Shown piece by piece: positions 1 to 7,925 of a stretch of 22,445 nucleotides of DNA. The position numbers and the translations under genes are program-made. Origin of the DNA: an uncultured archaeon. Its GTDB lineage: Archaea; Asgardarchaeota; Thorarchaeia; Thorarchaeales; Thorarchaeaceae. Under the pieces are notes generated by a model. The model was not told the origin of the DNA. It made no database searches and saw only the letters and a program-made list of their open reading frames with translations. Numbering within the stretch: the first letter of the stretch is position 1; the number at the start of each line of letters is the position of its first letter. The DNA is taken from positions 5,909-28,353 of the forward strand of contig CAZSWP010000028.1 of NCBI GenBank assembly GCA_964610875.1, in the 5' to 3' direction.

Positions 1-109
1 CTATATGCCTGAAACTACTTGGGAGTATTCGTACCCATTTATTCTGGTAATTATGGTATCTATTACAATTGCATTACTTGTCTATTTCAAGAGAATAAAA
101 TGGATCTAA
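1..109 (+). CDS. corA: Magnesium/cobalt transporter CorA, C-terminal end (5' partial)
   Basis: Frame from nt 2 reads YMPETTWEYSYPFILVIMVSITIALLVYFKRIKWI*, matching the CorA MPELxW loop, last TM helix and basic FKRxKW tail; TAA at 107-109. Confidence 0.85.
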   Translation, partial: YMPETTWEYSYPFILVIMVSITIALLVYFKRIKWI

Positions 110-148
110 TTAGTATCAGATATATTATGTAAATAATGAAAATCATAG

Positions 149-652
149 TTGTTGACAAAAATGAAAACAAAGAAAGTTTCTGAATCAAAGACCATCATGA
201 CGCAAGTAGTCTTTCCTAATTTTGTGAATAATAATGGCACACTATATGGAGGAAAGCTTCTCGATTGGATCGACACCATTGCAGGTGTTGTAGCTAAACG
301 CCATTGTAGAACTTCAGTTGTCACAGCTTCAATAGATTCCCTAAGTTTTTTGAATCCCATTAATCAGAGAGATATTGTGACTCTTGAAGCATGGACCAAC
401 TACGTCGGAACCACATCCATGGAAATCGAAGTCAGAGTGACTTCCGAAGATCCATTTACAGGTCAAATAAGAAAAACATGTAGAGCTTTTCTCACCTACA
501 TTAGCGTTGATGAAAAGGGAAGGCCTTCTCCGGTTCCAGAATTGGAAATTGTGAGTGAAGAAGAAAAGGAGAGACATAGAAAAGCAAAGGAGAGAAGACA
601 CGAGCGTCTTAGAAGAAGAGACCTAGAACCCATTGAATGGGAAGATGTCTAA
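149..652 (+). CDS. Acyl-CoA thioesterase (HotDog fold, YciA-like)
   Basis: Motifs VFPNFVNNNGTLYGGKLLDWID, VVTASIDSLSF, VGTTSMEIEV and DEKGRPSPVP. The start may be ATG 161 rather than TTG 149. Confidence 0.9.
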   Translation: MLTKMKTKKVSESKTIMTQVVFPNFVNNNGTLYGGKLLDWIDTIAGVVAKRHCRTSVVTASIDSLSFLNPINQRDIVTLEAWTNYVGTTSMEIEVRVTSEDPFTGQIRKTCRAFLTYISVDEKGRPSPVPELEIVSEEEKERHRKAKERRHERLRRRDLEPIEWEDV

Positions 653-678
653 TTCTAATCAAATCCAAGGATTCTCTT

Positions 679-1242
679 TTACCACAACTCTCCAGTAAGT
701 CCACCTATGAGTCTAGCCATTCCATTTATGACGAATACAATTGATAGGAATATGATAAGGGAGAAATATCCTAAACTTGGAAAGAGCTCAACAATGAATG
801 AAAGAATAATCATAATCACCCCTGCTATTATGTGAAATATTCTTGCCCATTGAACCAGATCAGTTTCATAGTAACCAAATAGAATCCTAGCAAAACCTAG
901 AATTAGGAGTCCAGCGGCAATCATCTCAATCAAGGTAATGATGGAAAGATTGGGAATTAGAATCTCAACTAATGCTAGTACTACAGCAAATAATCCACTC
1001 ACAATGTTTAGAATTCTTGTTGCTGTTTTCAAGTCTGAGAAACCAACGGCTTTAGCAATTCTCACAAATCCGAAAGATGTCAAAGTAATGGTCAATAAAA
1101 CAATAGTAGTAAGTGGTGCAAGTGTTGTATCTATAATAATCCATATTGCGACACCAATCGAAAAGACACCAATTACTGTATCAATTGCTCGCAACCAGTT
1201 AGGGTATTTCTCACAATTCGACATATAGTTTAGAGTATTCAA
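679..1242 (-). CDS. HdeD/DUF308-family membrane protein
   Basis: 187 aa with about six hydrophobic helices in repeated pairs, Gly-rich, with GxxRI motifs. Confidence 0.65.
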   Translation of the reverse strand: MNTLNYMSNCEKYPNWLRAIDTVIGVFSIGVAIWIIIDTTLAPLTTIVLLTITLTSFGFVRIAKAVGFSDLKTATRILNIVSGLFAVVLALVEILIPNLSIITLIEMIAAGLLILGFARILFGYYETDLVQWARIFHIIAGVIMIILSFIVELFPSLGYFSLIIFLSIVFVINGMARLIGGLTGELW

Positions 1243-1295
1243 ACACCTTTTTCATTCTTGCGAAGCAACCAATAGTGTTCATTGTCACGTGAATA

Positions 1296-1345
1296 ACGTT
1301 TTAATGTTTGGTAAACGTAATTACGATTTAATGTTTGATAAACGT
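1296..1345. promoter_or_regulatory. Tandem imperfect direct repeat, probable transcription-factor operator in a divergent promoter
   Basis: ACGTTTTAATGTTTGGTAAACGT (1296-1318) and ACGATTTAATGTTTGATAAACGT (1323-1345), 21/23 identical; TATA-like TTATAAA at 1354-1360. Confidence 0.55.
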
Positions 1346-1415
1346 CAAAATACTTATAAAGGAATTCATCACACATTTTCCTGTCGAGAACCAAAAAAGT
1401 GCGAGTGTCACCACC

Positions 1416-1670
1416 ATGACTGAAACAGCAACCCGCGAATACACACCCTCACAAAAGGGATACGGAACTCGTACTCTCCTCGGTCTCCTCGCATGGACAG
1501 GGGCCACTTTTGCCTCTGTCCCCTACCTGGGAGTCACAACCTTTCCATATTTGGGAATAGCATCGTTCGCCATTGCTATTGTACTCTCATTCTCTATCGT
1601 TCGTACTCTCATTCGCCAAGCGAATACGAAACATCTCTCATATGCTAAAACATGGAGGAAAGATGTGTGA
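1416..1670 (+). CDS. Small hypothetical membrane protein (about 2 TM helices, 84 aa)
   Basis: ATG 1416 lies downstream of a TATA box; two hydrophobic segments; the stop overlaps the next GTG (GTGA). Confidence 0.6.
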   Translation: MTETATREYTPSQKGYGTRTLLGLLAWTGATFASVPYLGVTTFPYLGIASFAIAIVLSFSIVRTLIRQANTKHLSYAKTWRKDV

Positions 1671-2209
1671 CTCTCAGGCAGAGTATTGATAATCAGCTCT
1701 CAGATTTTAAGAGGTCAGCTGCTAACTATATAGAACAAAACATCACAGAAGATATGCAAGCAAGAAATGGAGGTCTCTTGAAGCACTTCTTGAAATTCAT
1801 TGATGACAGTAAGGATCAATATGAACCGGTAAGTCTGTTCATTCTCGGAGAAGGAGGGATTAGATTATCTTCTGTTGCATTTGTTGAGCAAGAGATTGAT
1901 TACAATCTAGTTGCAGGATTTTTAGCAGCTATGCAAGATTTTACTGCAGAGATATTTGCTCAAAGAATTGATAGGATCAAGCTTGAAGACTATACATTGA
2001 TTGTCAAGTTCAAACCACCGTTCACCTTTGTCTACGTCTTCGTAGGTTCAGAATCATCAGCGCACAAAAAGTTAGACAAATTTCTTGACAGTCTGCATAT
2101 GTCAGAAGAATGGACAGCCCTAGAGCTTGCTAATCGAACAGGTCTTATGATTGACCATGAAACAAATATGATGATCAGAAAAAAGGTATACACAGTTCTA
2201 GCAACCTGA
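1667..2209 (+). CDS. Hypothetical protein with probable longin/roadblock-like domain
   Basis: GGAGG SD at 1654-1658, GTG at 1667. The segment SLFILGEGGIRL...LVAGFLAAMQDFTAEIF...IDRIKLEDYTLIV...FTFVYVF fits the bb-a-bbb-a longin-like pattern. Confidence 0.6.
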   Translation: MTLRQSIDNQLSDFKRSAANYIEQNITEDMQARNGGLLKHFLKFIDDSKDQYEPVSLFILGEGGIRLSSVAFVEQEIDYNLVAGFLAAMQDFTAEIFAQRIDRIKLEDYTLIVKFKPPFTFVYVFVGSESSAHKKLDKFLDSLHMSEEWTALELANRTGLMIDHETNMMIRKKVYTVLAT

Positions 2210-2287
2210 GTCAGCCAGTTCATTCATAATAACAATAACATATTCTCTCATCTTCTTCTCACTAGAATCGTCCGAAAGAAAAGAGGG

Positions 2288-2356
2288 ACCGGCAACCCTT
2301 GCGAGGTCGTCCGGTTCAGCCAATGTCTTTACGCTGAACCTTCATCCGCCGCCAGT
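2288..2356 (-). promoter_or_regulatory. SECIS element (eukaryote-like, AUGA...GA core) for vhuU
   Basis: Minus strand: AUGAA (2345-2341), stem GGUUCAGC (2340-2333), loop GUAAAGACAUUG containing AAA, GCUGAACC (2320-2313), GGAC (2312-2309); lower helix ACUGGC/GCCGGU. Confidence 0.8.
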
Positions 2357-2494
2357 CACTAACTCCTTTCTTACCACCTCGCGACCCTCATCGTCTACAA
2401 CGACGAGATGAGCGCCGCATGATAGTCAGCAGTCGTAGCAACGGACGACCATTTCCAACAGGTTCAGTAGTCCTTCAGGAATTTCGTCTGTCAT
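2342..2494 (-). CDS. vhuU: Selenoprotein VhuU, small Sec-containing subunit of F420-non-reducing [NiFeSe] hydrogenase (50 aa, UGA=Sec at codon 23)
   Basis: Manual translation MTDEIPEGLLNLLEMVVRCYDC(U)LSCGAHLVVVDDEGREVVRKELVTGGG*. The in-frame TGA (2428-2426) sits at the first Cys of the hydrogenase L2 motif RxYDPCxxCxxH; SECIS follows; purine-rich SD-like AGGGGA upstream. Confidence 0.9.
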
Positions 2495-2783
2495 TGTGCT
2501 TTGTTCCCCTAGTCACTAGGAATAGTGACTTTGGTACTGGTTACAAAATCAAACAAATTCAAATAAGAGTCTTGCTGATTGGGACAAGTAGTTAGAATCC
2601 TCAAAGATTGATAGATTCATGTAGATTTGAGATAATACGTAAAATTGCTGCTGAATGATTTTTAAGGTTCAGCAGCAGTTGTGTAAACATCAGCTAATTT
2701 TGGATGGATGTCAACAAGGCTCTGGAAGCAGCCCCAACAAGAGCTACCCTGCCCCATTGCAATCGGAACAGGGTCGGCTAATC

Positions 2784-3017
2784 TTATACCTCCTTGAGAC
2801 CATAGATCAGCTCGTGGTTCTCCTCACCAGCAACTTCGACAACTCCCCAGCGCATGAGACCCATCATATTCCATACAATGAGATCCTTGGGAAAATCAAG
2901 CATTGATGCTAGTTTTGTTACTGTGGAAGGACCGTTTTCAAGCGCTTCTTGAATTGCCTTTCTTTGCTTTCTTACATCTCCACGTTTTTGTTGGAAGAAT
3001 TGTGTAAAACTTGTCAT
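2784..3017 (-). CDS. Small winged helix-turn-helix protein at the end of the hdr/mvhD operon
   Basis: AIQEALENGPSTVTKLASMLDFPKDLIVWNMMGLMRWGVVEV fits a wHTH pattern; ATG 3017 overlaps the mvhD stop (ATGA). Confidence 0.7.
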   Translation of the reverse strand: MTSFTQFFQQKRGDVRKQRKAIQEALENGPSTVTKLASMLDFPKDLIVWNMMGLMRWGVVEVAGEENHELIYGLKEV

Positions 3018-3463
3018 CTCCATTCTCTCCTAATTGGACCCAATTTCTTTACTTGTTCAATAAGAGTATTCACTCCATCAGCAAAGATTTGAGCCTCTGA
3101 GGCACTAGCCCATTGCAATCTAACTCTGCGTGGATCTAGCCCTGATTGTTCAATAGCTCTGGCCATTAAGGCCCAACGTGCACGAAGTTTTAGATTGCCA
3201 GAAGTATAGTGACAATCTCCAGGATGACATCCTGATACGAGCACGCCATCAGCACCCATTTCAAGTGCTGAAAGGATGAATTCGGGCTTGATACGCCCAG
3301 TACAATTAACTCGAATAATACGTGCATTTGGAGCATACTGGATTCTACTTGTTCCAGCTAAATCAGCTCCTGCATATGAGCACCAGTTACAGCAATAAGC
3401 AACAATCCTTGGTTCCCAATTATCCTCTGAATAATCATTCGTAGTGGTTTCTGTTGCAGTCAT
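3014..3463 (-). CDS. mvhD: Methyl-viologen-reducing hydrogenase delta subunit, [2Fe-2S] (Cys form)
   Basis: YCCNWCSYAGADLAG, RVNCTGR, GADGVLVSGCHPGDCHY, WASASEA. Confidence 0.95.
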   Translation of the reverse strand: MTATETTTNDYSEDNWEPRIVAYCCNWCSYAGADLAGTSRIQYAPNARIIRVNCTGRIKPEFILSALEMGADGVLVSGCHPGDCHYTSGNLKLRARWALMARAIEQSGLDPRRVRLQWASASEAQIFADGVNTLIEQVKKLGPIRREWR

Positions 3464-3464
3464 C

Positions 3465-5213
3465 TCATTTTCCCTCCTCTACAGAGATACCAGGCATTAG
3501 ATATGCTCTAACCATTGAAATGATTTGCTCATCAGTTGAGTGGAGCATTCGGATTGCATCACTGGGACATGATGCAGCACATGTTCCACAACCATGACAC
3601 TTTGCCTCGGTCACGAATGCAACAGGAGGGTCTCTCGAGTGGTCCATAGTTATTGCACCATAAGGACACGAAGACACACAGGTATGACATGAAGAGCAAC
3701 GATCTGGATTAACACGAGATACTGTTGATTCAATCTCAACCTCTCCTTTTGCCATTAGGCCAACAGCTTTTGCAGCTGCACCACTTGCATCAATAACGGC
3801 TTCTTGTGCTATCTTTGCTGCTTGAGCAGTCCCAGCAATCATTATACCCGCCGTATGAGTAGTCAATGGAGCAAGCTTAATGTGTTCAGGATTAAAGAAG
3901 CCATCAGGACTTCTTGTAAGGCTAAACAGCTTCGATACACTGTCCATATCATCAGGAGGAATCATAGCGGAAGCCAGAATCAGGATATCAGGTTCCATCA
4001 CAAGGTCATCATTTGATAGAACATCCTCCCATTTCAGACTGATTCTTCCATCTTTGTAATGGACCTCAGGTTTCTTATCTACTGGAAACTTGCTATAGAT
4101 GACATGCTTTGCACGTGCCTGCCTATGGATTTCCTCATGGTTCTTACCGTAGGTTCTGATATCTTGATAGAGAATGACTACCTCATCCAGTTCATCCTTC
4201 AGTTCCCCAGCAAGTTTTGCTACTGCTGTACAACAATATCTTGAGCAATGTTCATGACCTTTAATTTCCGGTTCTCTGGATCCAACACAGCCAATGATAA
4301 CAGCAGTCTTTATCGGTTGGCCATCACTTGGTCGTACTAATTCAGCACCACTTGCTCTCATCTTTTCGAATTCAGCTAATGTTAGTATATCAGGAGTCCA
4401 ACCATATCCATAGAACCCAACAGGCTTGAAAGGTTGAAATCCAGTTGCGATGATGACAGTACCAATCTCATATTCTTCAAACTCTTTACTCTCACCATTT
4501 TCGACTGTTGCAATAAAATTCCCAATATAACCGTCAAATTCTACTACTTTACTATTTGTTAATACTCTCACATTTGGATGGTTCAATGCTTTCTCAGCAA
4601 GAGGGCCAACAACATCCTCACCAGTGGTATTCGTTGGGTAGAGCGTAGATAATTCTCTAACATGACCACCGAGCTTGAGTTCCTTCTCAATTAACAAAAC
4701 CTCAAATCCTCTATCAGCAATATCTAATGTTGCTCGTAGTCCCGCAATTCCTCCACCAAGAACAAGGACCCGAGGAGCTACACTTACAGTTTTGATTGGT
4801 AGTGCTTCTAGATTGGCAGCTCTAGCCACGGACATCCGTACAAGGTCTATGGCTTTCTCTGTAGCTTTCTCTGGCTCTCTCATATGACACCAGGAAACAT
4901 GTTCACGAAGATTTACCTGCTCAAACAAGTATCTATTCAACTCTGCTTCTTCAACTACTTTTCTAAAAGTGGGTTCATGCATTCTCGGAGAACAACTAGC
5001 AACCACAACACGGTTGAGATTATGTTCTGTGATTTTGTCTTTGATCAATTGTTGTCCTGCATCTGCACACATGAACATCTCATCAGTTGTAAAAACAACA
5101 TTTGGAAGTGAAGATGCCATCTTTGCGACTTTGGGACAATCGACTGTACCACCAATATTATGACCACAGTGACAAACGAATACACCAATTCGTACTTCTT
5201 CACTCTCACTCAT
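3465..5213 (-). CDS. hdrA: Heterodisulfide reductase subunit A-like (N-terminal FeS domain, FAD domain, C-terminal ferredoxin; no inserted ferredoxin)
   Basis: RIGVFVCHCGHNI, VASCSPRMHE, NLREHVSW, GGGIAG, CVGSR...CSRYCC, and two C-terminal CxxCxxCxxxCP motifs. Confidence 0.9.
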   Translation of the reverse strand: MSESEEVRIGVFVCHCGHNIGGTVDCPKVAKMASSLPNVVFTTDEMFMCADAGQQLIKDKITEHNLNRVVVASCSPRMHEPTFRKVVEEAELNRYLFEQVNLREHVSWCHMREPEKATEKAIDLVRMSVARAANLEALPIKTVSVAPRVLVLGGGIAGLRATLDIADRGFEVLLIEKELKLGGHVRELSTLYPTNTTGEDVVGPLAEKALNHPNVRVLTNSKVVEFDGYIGNFIATVENGESKEFEEYEIGTVIIATGFQPFKPVGFYGYGWTPDILTLAEFEKMRASGAELVRPSDGQPIKTAVIIGCVGSREPEIKGHEHCSRYCCTAVAKLAGELKDELDEVVILYQDIRTYGKNHEEIHRQARAKHVIYSKFPVDKKPEVHYKDGRISLKWEDVLSNDDLVMEPDILILASAMIPPDDMDSVSKLFSLTRSPDGFFNPEHIKLAPLTTHTAGIMIAGTAQAAKIAQEAVIDASGAAAKAVGLMAKGEVEIESTVSRVNPDRCSSCHTCVSSCPYGAITMDHSRDPPVAFVTEAKCHGCGTCAASCPSDAIRMLHSTDEQIISMVRAYLMPGISVEEGK

Positions 5214-6550
5214 GTATTGTTGCCCCCTTTTGAGAGGGTTATTGATGCACGCATAGCGGCAGCACTTCCAGCAGACACAGAGTCTGGAATGTCCTTTGGA
5301 CCATCACTACACCCACAAACATAGACTCCTGGCACATTAGTATCAACAGGGGCTACAAGACAATTGACAGTTTCAATGTAACCTTCAAAATCTGTTTGTA
5401 CGCCAAGTTGCTGAGTAAGCTCTGCTAGACCCGCTGGAGCCTGAATCCCAGGGGAGAGAACAACCATATCATGTTCATTCTCATATAGTTCACCTGTTTC
5501 TGTGTCTTCTACACTGACAATGAGATTTGCTGTGTCATAGTCTTCATTGATTTCACCGACTCTACCGCGTACGAATTTAACTCCAAATCGTGACTTTGAC
5601 CGTTCATAGAACTGCTCAAAGTCCTTACCAAATGCACGGATGTCAGCATAATAGATAGTGACATCGATATCTGGATAGTGCTCCTTTGCCATCACAGCAT
5701 TTTTGATGCCATACATACAACAAATCCTTGAACAGAGAGGAACGCCTTTGCTTACATCTCGAGCTCCTACGCATTGGATGAATCCAATGCCATTTGGGAC
5801 CTTTCCGTCACTTAGTCTAACAAGATGACCGCCAGTTGGACCTGCGGCATTGATCAACCGTTCATATTCTAAAGCATGAATAACATTTGGAAATTGTTCG
5901 TATCCCAAACGTTTGTACTTTCTGACATCAAAGAGTTGGTAGCCAGTTGCCACAATGATAGATCCAACTTTCAATTCTTCAATGACATCTTCCATAGTGT
6001 GATTGATTGCATTACGATCACAAACGCTTTCGCAACGTCCGCACCGTATGCAATTATCAACATCAATCGTCATAACTGCAGGAGTTGCTTGTGGGAATGG
6101 CATGTAGATAGCCTTCCTAAAACCAAGGTTTTGGTCGAAATCATTTGGAACTTCAATTGGACATTCAGCAACACAAGCACCACACCCAGAACACAAGTCC
6201 TCATGTACCATTCTTGCCTTTCTACGAACACTAACAGTGAAATTGCCTTCTTCTCCAATGACACGTTCTACCTCAGAGTAGGTCAATAATTCTATGTTAG
6301 GATGACGCCCAACTTCACTCAGTCTTGGTGTAAGGATACATGCGGAACAGTCCAGAGTTGGAAACGTCTTATCGAGTTGAGCCATTCTTCCTCCAATTGA
6401 AGGAGATTTTTCAACCATGTAGACTTTGTACCCTTGTTGTGCAATATCCAATGCGGCTTGCATTCCTGCAACGCCACCACCTATTACTAAAGCTTCATCA
6501 TAGAACTCCTCATGTTGTGGGAGTACGGGTGCTGCAAAATGTTTGGTCAT
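5210..6550 (-). CDS. hdrA: Heterodisulfide reductase subunit A-like (FAD domain and inserted ferredoxin; no N-terminal domain or C-terminal ferredoxin)
   Basis: GGGVAG, MAQLDKTFPTLDCSACIL, CSGCGACVAECP, CIRCGRCESVC, QCVGARD...CSRICCMYGIK, GPKDIPDSV. Confidence 0.9.
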   Translation of the reverse strand: MTKHFAAPVLPQHEEFYDEALVIGGGVAGMQAALDIAQQGYKVYMVEKSPSIGGRMAQLDKTFPTLDCSACILTPRLSEVGRHPNIELLTYSEVERVIGEEGNFTVSVRRKARMVHEDLCSGCGACVAECPIEVPNDFDQNLGFRKAIYMPFPQATPAVMTIDVDNCIRCGRCESVCDRNAINHTMEDVIEELKVGSIIVATGYQLFDVRKYKRLGYEQFPNVIHALEYERLINAAGPTGGHLVRLSDGKVPNGIGFIQCVGARDVSKGVPLCSRICCMYGIKNAVMAKEHYPDIDVTIYYADIRAFGKDFEQFYERSKSRFGVKFVRGRVGEINEDYDTANLIVSVEDTETGELYENEHDMVVLSPGIQAPAGLAELTQQLGVQTDFEGYIETVNCLVAPVDTNVPGVYVCGCSDGPKDIPDSVSAGSAAAMRASITLSKGGNNT

Positions 6551-7429
6551 TTAGTGTTGAACCTCCAAGGTCTCCAAAATGGAGTCAGGTCTAATTTTGT
6601 TCAACTCGATACCGAGTATTTCCTCCTCAATACCAAGAGCTGGACCAAGTAATTGTGTAATAGGAATAACGGGAATTTGATGGTCCTTCTCAAATCCATC
6701 TCCAAATTGAACTTGTGTAAGCTGGATGTCGCAGAATACACATGCTGTGACAATACCACTAGCTTCAGCTTCACGAACATTCATTATTTTGTCGCGGCCA
6801 ATTGCTGTAGCAACTTCTTCATTCATTGCTAACATGGGCCCACCACAACAGCGTGTCTTCCCAATGTAGTCAACTGGAACTCCACCAACTGCCGCAATCA
6901 GATTATCAATAATTGTAGGATTTTCAGGGTCATCCACCTGTACAATCTCATGTGGACGAGTGACATGACAACCATAATGGGCTGACAATCGTATCTTGTT
7001 ATATGGTTGTACAATCGAAGCGCGAATTTTTTCCAGTCCGATATCTTCGTTAAGAACTTGGAGAAGATGAAGTACGCGTACAGTACCAGAGTATTTCAAA
7101 CCCTCCTCTGTCAGTAGAGTATTAACCTCATCTCGCAGTTGCAAGTCAGTGTCTAGCATATGTTTAGTATGCTTCAACGAACCAGAACATGCGCCACAAA
7201 GAGCCAGAATATCAAGACCTTCTTTTTCTGCAAGTGCTAATATACGCCCACTCATTGCAGCAAAGGCAATTCTGTTCAAACTCTCAACATACTGTGCTCC
7301 ACAGCAATTTGCATCAACCATCTCCCGGACTCTAAGACCAAGTTTTTGGAGAACCGCAATCGACGAGGCTTCGTAAGCAGGTAGCCTCACTGGAGTTGTA
7401 CAGCCCCTATAGAGAAGAATCTCATCCAT
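6551..7429 (-). CDS. hdrB: Heterodisulfide reductase subunit B
   Basis: Two CCG domains: YRGC...CCG...CGAC and HYGC...CCG...CVFC. Confidence 0.93.
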   Translation of the reverse strand: MDEILLYRGCTTPVRLPAYEASSIAVLQKLGLRVREMVDANCCGAQYVESLNRIAFAAMSGRILALAEKEGLDILALCGACSGSLKHTKHMLDTDLQLRDEVNTLLTEEGLKYSGTVRVLHLLQVLNEDIGLEKIRASIVQPYNKIRLSAHYGCHVTRPHEIVQVDDPENPTIIDNLIAAVGGVPVDYIGKTRCCGGPMLAMNEEVATAIGRDKIMNVREAEASGIVTACVFCDIQLTQVQFGDGFEKDHQIPVIPITQLLGPALGIEEEILGIELNKIRPDSILETLEVQH

Positions 7430-7430
7430 T

Positions 7431-7925
7431 CTATTTGCTCTCCCTGAAATACTTGGCCTTCAACTTCTTCACGAACCTATCATTCCAATGCAAGTCGGGA
7501 TCCATACCAAGGTCATCTCGGTCATCTTCATTGAAATCTGTGTACGAATCCTTTAACATCCATCCATCTTCAAGTACAGTATCGACAGTCTGTTTGAAGA
7601 CTCTTGGAATATGACCTTCTCTAGCAGCTATAATTCTCACTGCCTTGAAAATATCAGCAGGACTGACTCCCTCTTGACATCGTTCTTCACAAAGTCGGCA
7701 GGTCATGCAGAACCAAGGAAGATCGCTTTGCAGAACTTCGTCACGTTTTCCAAGCAATGTTTTTTGAATCAAACGTCTTGGACGATATCTATCGGTTTCA
7801 CGAGCAATGACACAACTAGCAGTGCATATGCCACATTGTACACACTTCACTATATCTTCTCCTCCAGGTATGGATTCGATTTCTTCTGCAAACGACGATG
7901 AAGGCGTATAGCGATTGTTTCCCAT
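7431..7925 (-). CDS. hdrC: Heterodisulfide reductase subunit C
   Basis: CVQCGICTASC and WFCMTCRLCEERC 4Fe-4S motifs; directly upstream of hdrB; GGTGA SD. Confidence 0.92.
   Translation of the reverse strand: MGNNRYTPSSSFAEEIESIPGGEDIVKCVQCGICTASCVIARETDRYRPRRLIQKTLLGKRDEVLQSDLPWFCMTCRLCEERCQEGVSPADIFKAVRIIAAREGHIPRVFKQTVDTVLEDGWMLKDSYTDFNEDDRDDLGMDPDLHWNDRFVKKLKAKYFRESK

Noticed and set aside
2195-2228. Possible second SECIS (AUGAA-CUGGC...GCUAG on the minus strand)
   Set aside because: No 3' GA partner for the core and no apical AAA; overlaps the end of the convergent gene.
2655-2906. 83-aa plus-strand ORF
   Set aside because: Antisense to the wHTH gene and to intergenic hairpins; no protein-like features.
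3014-6550. Possible selenocysteine in HdrA or MvhD
   Set aside because: The frames are uninterrupted and the relevant motifs (TLDCSAC, CCNWC, GCHPGDC) use Cys codons.
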